Below, piece by piece: positions 57,062 to 64,000 of a DNA stretch of 64,000 nucleotides. Positions within the stretch are counted from its first letter, which is position 1. Each line of letters starts with the position of its first letter. The notes under the pieces were generated by a model. It did not search any database. It was given only the letters and a program-made list of their open reading frames with translations, and had not been told where the DNA came from. The stretch covers positions 15,424,418 through 15,488,417 of the forward strand of contig CAVNZM010000001.1 in the NCBI GenBank assembly GCA_963693365.1, read 5' to 3'. Both the position numbers and the translations under genes were made by a program. The DNA comes from Amoebidium appalachense (taxonomy: Eukaryota > Protista > Ichthyosporea).

Positions 57062-57940
57062 TTTCCCCCCTCTCACCCCCTCCCCACCGCACCCCACCCC
57101 TACCCTCACCCCTCTTCCGCCCCCCCACCCCTCCCCATTCTCCAAACCAGCTGCTCACACGGGGCCACACAGGTCTGAAGAGCACCTGACCACCCTCCAC
57201 CTGTCAGCTAACGGCCCCATCCCCTTTGTCTCCCATGCTCGTCGTGTGCTTGAGTCTGTGCATCCAGAATTCGAACCCACCGGTAACCCCCTCCCCTCCC
57301 CCCCCCCCCCCATGGCTGATGTTGCATACTTGAATGTTTGCCTTTGCATGTGTCCTTCGTGTATGCGTACTTCGTACCGTGTTCGGCATTCAAACCCCCC
57401 TGCCCGCCCGCCCCCTCAATACCAGTGCATTAGTAATTAATGTTGATTATAGTAGTAGCTGTAAGATTGGTCAGTAATAATAACATATGGATAGTACGGC
57501 AACAACAATAGTGAGGCTTGTACGTACAGACAGCCAAGCTCACCAGGGCTCCATCTAAACTTGACCGTAAGGGCCCACCCAGGTGGCACTTCTGAATATC
57601 GAAAGAAGTGTATGTGTGCGTGTGTGGTGGTGGTGTGTGGGGGGGGGGGGGGGGGGGGGGGGAGAGGAGGAAGGGGAGAAGAGAGAGAAGGGGGGAGGGG
57701 GGGGGGGAGAGAGAGGGATGGGGGAGCTTGGGGAGGATTTAGTTAACACCACTGATCGATTTATTGGTATGGCAAGAGTATGCCTGTCCGCGCAGGGGAG
57801 GGGGGGGGGGGGGGAGTTGAAATCCAGACTGTTTGTTGCAGCAAGGCTAACAACGGAGGTGGGGCAGGGCCCGTGTTTTTGTGTGCGGACGGACAGGGCG
57901 CTGTGTTTGACCTGCCAAGCAAACAGGCCAAGCAGCTGCA

Positions 57941-57981
<41 letters not shown>

Positions 57982-59111
57982 GACGCACACCTTGTGAGTG
58001 TATCTGTGTGTGCGCGCACACATGCCTGTGTCTTGCGCATGCCGCACATGGCGTGATTCTGTGCACGTGTACACGTGCATGCCCTTATCTAGCACGTTAT
58101 TGGTTGGTCAGATATGACGTATGTACAAGAATAGAGAGATGGTCCTTCGATGGTGTGTAACGTGTGAAAGCCATGATGCCACGACACCACAAATTTTAAA
58201 AAGGTTTGACGGTTGACATTTGCAAATGACACACAGAGAAATGGGCTAAGGCCGGGCCGAAGGATGCGGAGTTGCTGTCGCCCGATGATTTGCCTGAAAT
58301 CATCATTCCGGTGAATACTCCTTCCCCCTCTCCCCATCTCCCAGTGTCACTCCTCCTCCCCCACGTCCGCTCATTTTTTGAACCCCAGCATGTGCCATAA
58401 TCGTTTGTCTCGTGGTTTTTCATGTGTGCCTTCGTGCCTTGGCTGGTGCATTTAATTTGTGTCTTTTGAATCACTGTCGGATGCCCTCTGGATCTGCTGA
58501 GCTTTAACGAACAACCGCAGACGTACTTTTTTTCTTTCCCCCCCCCCCCCCCCCCCCCCCCTCCCCCCCCGCGCCCGCTCCGCCCACCGTTCATGGCTCA
58601 CCGCTTTTTCTTCGTTCCGTCTATCCCTGGCGACGACACGGGTCCCCACCTCACACCACACACACCGCCACCACCACCACCATCTTTGGCTTTCTAAATC
58701 GTGTGATGCATACTTTTCTGCCTTTTGCATCATGTGCATGTGTCATGCAGACTACTAGCAGCCATTAATTGTTTCATGAGTTCATTGCGGTTTAGACCTG
58801 GGACCTGGGAGAACCATGGTGATGGGGAATTCAAAGGCCAATGTTCTCTGCACGGATGGTGTTGGGTTTACAATTTGGACGGTTGTTGTTTTTTTTTTTG
58901 TTTTTTTTTTTTTCCCGCCTTTTTTCTTTTTTGGGGGGGGACGGAGGAAGAGAAGGTAGGCCTTTTCAGGGGGGCGTTCGAAGAGCGGGTGGGGGTTCGG
59001 AGGGAGGGAGGGGTGTTTTTTTTTTTGGGGGGGGGGGGGGCTAACCCTTGACGGTGGGTAGGAGCGCCGCAACATTGATCGCCGCCGCGATGGCTCTAAT
59101 GGGTATGCACA

Positions 59112-59145
<34 letters not shown>

Positions 59146-59412
59146 TTCTCCCCCACTACACGCACACACACACACACTGCCTTCACCACGAACACTTCTG
59201 GCGTGCCTCACGTTTGCACTTTGTCACGTCACGTCACCTGTTGTGTATTTATCAAACACGACTTTGGCATGGAGATGATGTGAGAGTAGGTGTTAAGCTG
59301 TCGTGCAAGATTTTGTGCAGGTTTCTTGTTAGAGATGTCTCTGTAAGCAGTAACTGTTTCATGATGCTGGTTTTTCTGAGGCAGCACACGTGTTTGTGCT
59401 CCCCCTCCCCCC

Positions 59413-59443
<31 letters not shown>

Positions 59444-59737
59444 AAAAAAAAAAAAAGGAAGAAGGGCGGGGGGGGGGGGGGGGATGTGCATACCCATTTG
59501 AGTCACCGCGGCGGCACTTATTGGCATATAGTAACGACACCTATCTGACGTGATATTCCACCAATCAGGAGGAGGGATGACCGTGGGGGCAACGACCGGC
59601 GCCACGGCGGGGGCAGGGGTGATGACAGAAAGTCATATGGTGGTGACAGGAGGGGATTCTCGGGGAGGAGAGACGACGGAGATAACAGGGGGCAGAGGGG
59701 AGGGTCCCGATATGGAGGGAGAGGGGACAGGCAATAA
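45514..59737 (+). CDS. DDX21: DEAD-box RNA helicase of the DDX21/DDX50 (GUCT-domain) family, about 691 aa, 21 exons, with a presequence-like N-terminus and an RGG tail
   Basis: Exons 45514-45610, 45985-46059, 46591-46641, 47487-47594, 49112-49204, 49895-50025, 50772-50850, 51483-51574, 52035-52121, 52497-52657, 53051-53142, 53953-54113, 54775-54931, 55538-55587, 55903-55998, 56494-56570, 57173-57282, 57868-57942, 58237-58310, 59062-59102 and 59569-59737 (2076 nt, in frame). Motifs [57 protein letters not shown] and GUCT-type RSLLT...GAVFDLP. The first three exons are less certain. The symbol denotes the family, not proven orthology. Confidence 0.92.
48731..49093 (+). repeat. Full-length copy of the structured dispersed repeat (helicase intron 4)
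   Basis: Contains all hairpin modules and ends in GCATTCAAA plus poly(C), directly before the (CA)n-AG acceptor at 49111. Confidence 0.88.
49302..49560 (+). repeat. Tandem duplication of a unit of about 110 bp, separated and bounded by poly(C)
   Basis: GAGCCCCGGCCCGCCTAGAGTGGTAAACACC...CAGCCCCTGCTCCA at about 49302-49409 and 49450-49560. Confidence 0.9.
50654..50755 (+). repeat. Imperfect 31-bp tandem repeat (3 copies plus a partial copy) at an intron 3' end
   Basis: Units of the form TGACCAATCACA...TGACRTGACAWC start at 50654, 50685, 50716 and 50747. Confidence 0.8.
55160..55246 (+). repeat. 3' fragment of the structured repeat (variant subfamily)
   Basis: Nearly identical to 56846-56940. 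Ends GCATTCAAAA plus poly(C). Confidence 0.8.
56670..56940 (+). repeat. Variant copy of the structured dispersed repeat (helicase intron 16)
   Basis: GCAACCCTGCTCGTCTCTGATCAAGACGGGT...CTGAGGATGGGCTCTGCTTATGA...GCATTCAAA plus poly(C). Confidence 0.85.
57311..57400 (+). repeat. 3' fragment of the structured dispersed repeat (helicase intron 17)
   Basis: CATGGCTGATGTTGCATACTTGAATG...GTACTTCGTACCGTGTTCGGCATTCAAACCCCCC, preceded by poly(C). Confidence 0.85.
59081..59515. repeat. Inverted repeat between the exon 20/donor junction and the distal part of intron 20
   Basis: 59081-59128 is complementary to 59468-59515 with 2 mismatches and 1 G-U pair. Confidence 0.9.
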
Positions 59738-60698
59738 TATTTGCAGGCCCGGGGCATGACTACTCTGTAACATCATGATAGCTTCCGTGGGGAAGAAGCC
59801 TTTTGAACGGCGGATTTGCAAACTCTTACGCTCACAGGCAACTTGGCCAGTCCTACGAATGATTCTTGTCGTGAGCTCATGTTGTTTTTCTTTTTCATTT
59901 TTTTATAATAATATTCCTTCCATCAATTATCCGTTGTTTTGACCTGAAATCTAAACCCCGTTATATTTATTTCCGACGTGCCACGGGATTGCTGTTTTGG
60001 CGCAACTGTTACGGGAATCTTCCGTTCGGAAGTTCGGAACTTCCACCGTGTCGACGTCGGTGAGGACACCGAGTGATTATGATCGTCAAGGTCATAATTA
60101 TTATTCTGGAAATTTAAATAAAAATCTTACAGTAGGTCAAGGTTTGTTTGTGTTATAGTTTGTCTGCGGCGTAAATCATTAGAAGGGCGCTTGTTAAAGG
60201 TTATGAATCGTTCGGTTCCGTCATGTTGGGAGCTGAATGATTAGACTCTGAGCCCCTCTAATCTTTGAACAGGTCGGGTGCATGCGGGCGAGGAGGGGGG
60301 GGGGGAGGGGGATTTGGTCACTGGGTGACCGTGTATACATACTGACTGTTGCCAACCGGCTGGCTGTCACTGAGTTGTTTGAATGATTTTGGAACTTCTG
60401 CCAAAAATAAAAGTTACACAAATACGACACATTATAATTATGCACTCGGGCTGACAGTACTAGTGGCGCATCATCTGACAGTGTGGATGGAACAACTGAA
60501 GACAGTTGACAACATGATACATTCCCGTTAACTCACTGAGTTATGGAGAAGACTTTTACGCAGATCTGGCCTATGCGAGCTATTCTAGTAGAGTTACCCG
60601 GCTTCTCTGCAGCTGTCAACCGTTAATTGTTGCAATTGAGCATCCGAAGTGACCATGATCTATAGTAAGGTTGAGGATCATGATACTATACCTCCTCC

Positions 60699-60769
<71 letters not shown>

Positions 60770-63658
60770 GGGCGGTTGCCGCACCCTCTTGAAGTTCGAG
60801 CTGCTCTCCTCCCGTTCTCCTCAGGGGATCATTGCACTTTATTCAAAACCGGGTCGCCCCTCCGACTAATCGGAAACACACGTTATAATTAACATGGGCC
60901 CCATCATATATAGCAGTGCATGGATATGTACAATATTTCGTTTGTCATCTTGATCTGCGATGAAATACATCATCAGCTCATTATCTCCGATCAAGTATGT
61001 ACATGTAGTAAAAAACTTTTTGAAGTGACAAATTCTCGGTAAAATCATCATAAGCATAACCACTGCATGCAGATACCGTGACAACCCAACACTCGTCAGG
61101 GGAGACGTCGATAATTGCTACTCCCTAGACCTCCGGCGCCATCACATTTCAAATGCAAAAATCCCGGACCACGCCCTTGAGTCGGACCATATTTTTTGAC
61201 GATGTGGTGGCCCTACCGTAACTCGGTCTGTTGGCCACCCGGTCCGTGGGAAAGTTATCGCGCTAGGCTAGCCTACCGTTTCCCACGGCCTGTGGAGCGA
61301 ACATCACCGGGGTTTGCCAAATGCGGGTAGAGAACCGTGTTTTGTGTTGTGCATGTAACTTCTTTGAAGCAGTTTGTGATGATGAGTGTCCTCAGTTGTC
61401 ATGTGTCGACGTCCTCAGTCCACTCCTAGGCCTCGCACAAAGTTCGGACGTCCGTGTCACAGTATTAGCGTGCTAATGCTTCAAGTTGCACGTACCGTAC
61501 GCGTAGTGAGTAGCACGGTAGGATTCGGGAGGTCGAGGTCTGAGAGACAGGCTCCGTCTGAGCTCTCAGCGCTGCTGGGGTGACGCGTGCGGTGTGCTGA
61601 GCGTGCGCAAAGTGCATACCACAGCACTCTGCGCGCGCGTGACCGGCTGACATGCCCGCCAATAAACATGTTGCCCGGTAGTGCGACTTGCAGGGTGTGA
61701 AATCGCTTTTGGTCAGGGGCATTTTAGCAAATTATTTCCAGCCTAAATGCCTACAAAGAAAAGGTCGCTTCAAAACATTTTTCTTAGAAATTCGGCCCTA
61801 CTGCATTAGGGCCACTGTTGAGAAGAAGCTAGGACTCTTTTTGTGCTTTCAGCGATAATCCTGTAGGCATAATTTCACAGCCTGCTTGTCAGGCAATGCA
61901 TGCACGGGAAATCCCCAGTGGTTCCCCACCGTGTGACATGTAGGATGTAGGGGCCGTGCACTGTAGTCTACAATAAAAACCTTGCCGAGTGCTATCTCAA
62001 TCCGACAGCGGGCAACTGATCAAATGTTACGTTGTAAATGACGTCAAACAGTACGACTAGCGACTCATGTTGATCGGCGCACGCACCCCCCAGCCATTTG
62101 CGGAATCATTCTTTTGCTCGCAATCGCACGAACTCGTTCATTTCGTTTACAGCACCATTGAAATTACCCTGCAGTTAAACAAACAGTAAACTCCACTCAA
62201 ACACAAACTAAAAAAAAAAATTAACACACTTCAAAAATTTCCATAGAGAACCAACACATTAAACGCCTGTTATACTCAGCAATTATCCGAATACCATGCT
62301 GTTTACGCTCCACCTCTTTCGTGGCAAGAGAGATGAAATAACGATGTAACCGAATATGATCGCGAAAGGGCAAAGGAGCTACAAATGGACGCCTTTGATC
62401 GACGTTGCCGGTCGTTATTCTGAAATTCTGTGTCACACGGCTCAACGGTTGACTCACGGTTTTGTTGCCGTGGGGAAGGGAGACAGACTGAGGATAGAGC
62501 TACAAACATAGCCAGTTTCTCAGTCCACTCATGATGCATGAACAGCAGGATTTGTAGCTTTGAGTTTGAAGGTAATGATGTGTTGGAATTTTTTTTGGCT
62601 CATCTGGCAGGATTTCGCTGCTTTTCTGGCTTCACTTTTTTCTAGGCTCTAATGATTGTGGGCCGAATTTGATAGGAATCATCTGGTTCAGTGTTGGCAT
62701 TACTGATCGGAGCCGGTGAAGTTAGTAATGTGCCAAGTGTAACTTAGTTGTGTGATGCTGTTTGTGGACTAAACTAGCCTAGACAACGAGAGGCTTAGCG
62801 GCTTGTCTCCTCTGTTGCACCATCTGTCGGACATCGCTCAACTCCGTCAGATACTGCCAAGTTGGAGCCAGGCCGGGACGAAGTTTCATCATCGAGTAAT
62901 TTACTGTACTGGAAGGTATACTATTGAATACTTCAGCCTGCTCCAGGCGAGAGTACACCACATAGATAATTAGTTAGCTCCGACGGAGATTTTTACATTG
63001 CTCCAACTGTTACGGTCTTACAATCTTGCATGGTTGACACTCCGATGATAAAACCTCATTCTCAGCTCTTTTTCTAGTAGACGATGTCATTAGCTTTGTG
63101 TTTTGCAACGACTACACAAGCGAGCAAATGAGTATAAATTTCACGAACTGAGAGACACATGCGTGGATGGGGTGGACAATATGGCCGAGGACATTGAGGG
63201 CAAGCACTGCTCCAAAGCTAGTAACTGTTCCGGTGGTGTGGGAAGCCGGCCCAGGGGCAACAGTTTGGAGGAGAGTAGACAAAATGACCCCGCCTTGCAT
63301 CAAGTTGAAGGTATGTGAGCGCTGGAAAGCATAACAAATTTTTTTGTATAGTCGCTACAGTAGGCGATATCATTTTGGTTTTGTGTTTCTGTTGCGGATG
63401 TGTTGGAGCTTGCATCGCCACGTGTGTTTTTCCGTTGAATCGTCGAGTATGAAAAACATATATGGGACACTCTGAGTATCTGTTCCAGGAAAGTGACGTG
63501 CCTCATGGAAAAGATCACTCGTGCGGAAGTGTGGCCTGGCCTAAAAGGATATATGAACGTGACTGTGGGAGTGTCACGCGACATCTGGAAACCATGTGCA
63601 GTGCGTGTGGGCACCGTGAATTCCGGATCACACGTGTGTGTTTGTGTGTGTGTGTGCG

Positions 63659-63701
<43 letters not shown>

Positions 63702-64000
63702 GTGTGTGTGTGTGCGTGTGTGTGTGTGACGGTGTGCGTGTATGCATGCGTGCGTGTTTGTTCAATAGATTGGTGTGCGTACCATGGCTTCCATCATATA
63801 TGCACACACTTGGACCTCTACTTAGAGCTAGGCTCATACTCCGCTTATGACGCAAGGTTCGAAAGGCCCAACAGATGCCCGCCTCCGAGCCTATCTAATT
63901 TTTTTCCACCTCAAGAGTGACTTAGTATTAGGGCTCTTCCTGTAAGCGGAATCTTGATCCGCTCTAGGATAGCATAATCCTTGAAAAAGGCTTCGTTGCC

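Noticed and set aside
60028-60044. Perfect palindrome GGAAGTTC-G-GAACTTCC
   Set aside because: Isolated, with no Helitron CTRR terminus at the expected distance.
62221-62961. Short protein-like minus-strand ORFs
   Set aside because: No recognisable domain or consistent splice structure.
63181-63600. Possible first exons of a gene at the window end (donor near 63310, acceptor 63488)
   Set aside because: The best donor gives an immediate stop and no homology is recognisable. Cannot be supported without downstream sequence or RNA data.

Overview
This is eukaryotic genomic DNA, most likely from a unicellular holozoan such as an ichthyosporean. That is an inference from a metazoan-like non-muscle myosin II combined with dense introns. 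By hand I assembled four spliced genes, all with GT-AG introns: a 15-exon non-muscle-type myosin II heavy chain (minus strand, 3698-16148), a single-C2H2-finger protein (28875 to 34434 or 35225, with a frame break in its last exon), an 8-exon class III alcohol dehydrogenase/GSNO reductase (38925-44616), and a 21-exon DDX21/DDX50-family GUCT helicase with a presequence-like N-terminus (45514-59737). Mobile DNA includes an intact two-ORF APE-RT LINE with a poly(A) tail, an RT-core fragment of that LINE, a 1.7-kb TA-flanked TIR element carrying a possible Tudor-like cargo ORF, and two MITE-like inverted repeats. The most unusual signals are (1) a dispersed, multi-hairpin repeat of about 350 nt with covarying and G-U pairs, ending in poly(C) and always co-oriented with its host gene; (2) an antisense copy of an exon end plus 5' splice site inside the helicase's last intron; and (3) splice sites built from (GT)n, (CA)n and poly(G)/poly(C), with several acceptors lacking any polypyrimidine tract. 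Most ORFs in the supplied track are low-complexity artefacts. Homopolymer lengths may be inflated by sequencing. All alignments were done by eye and no databases were searched.
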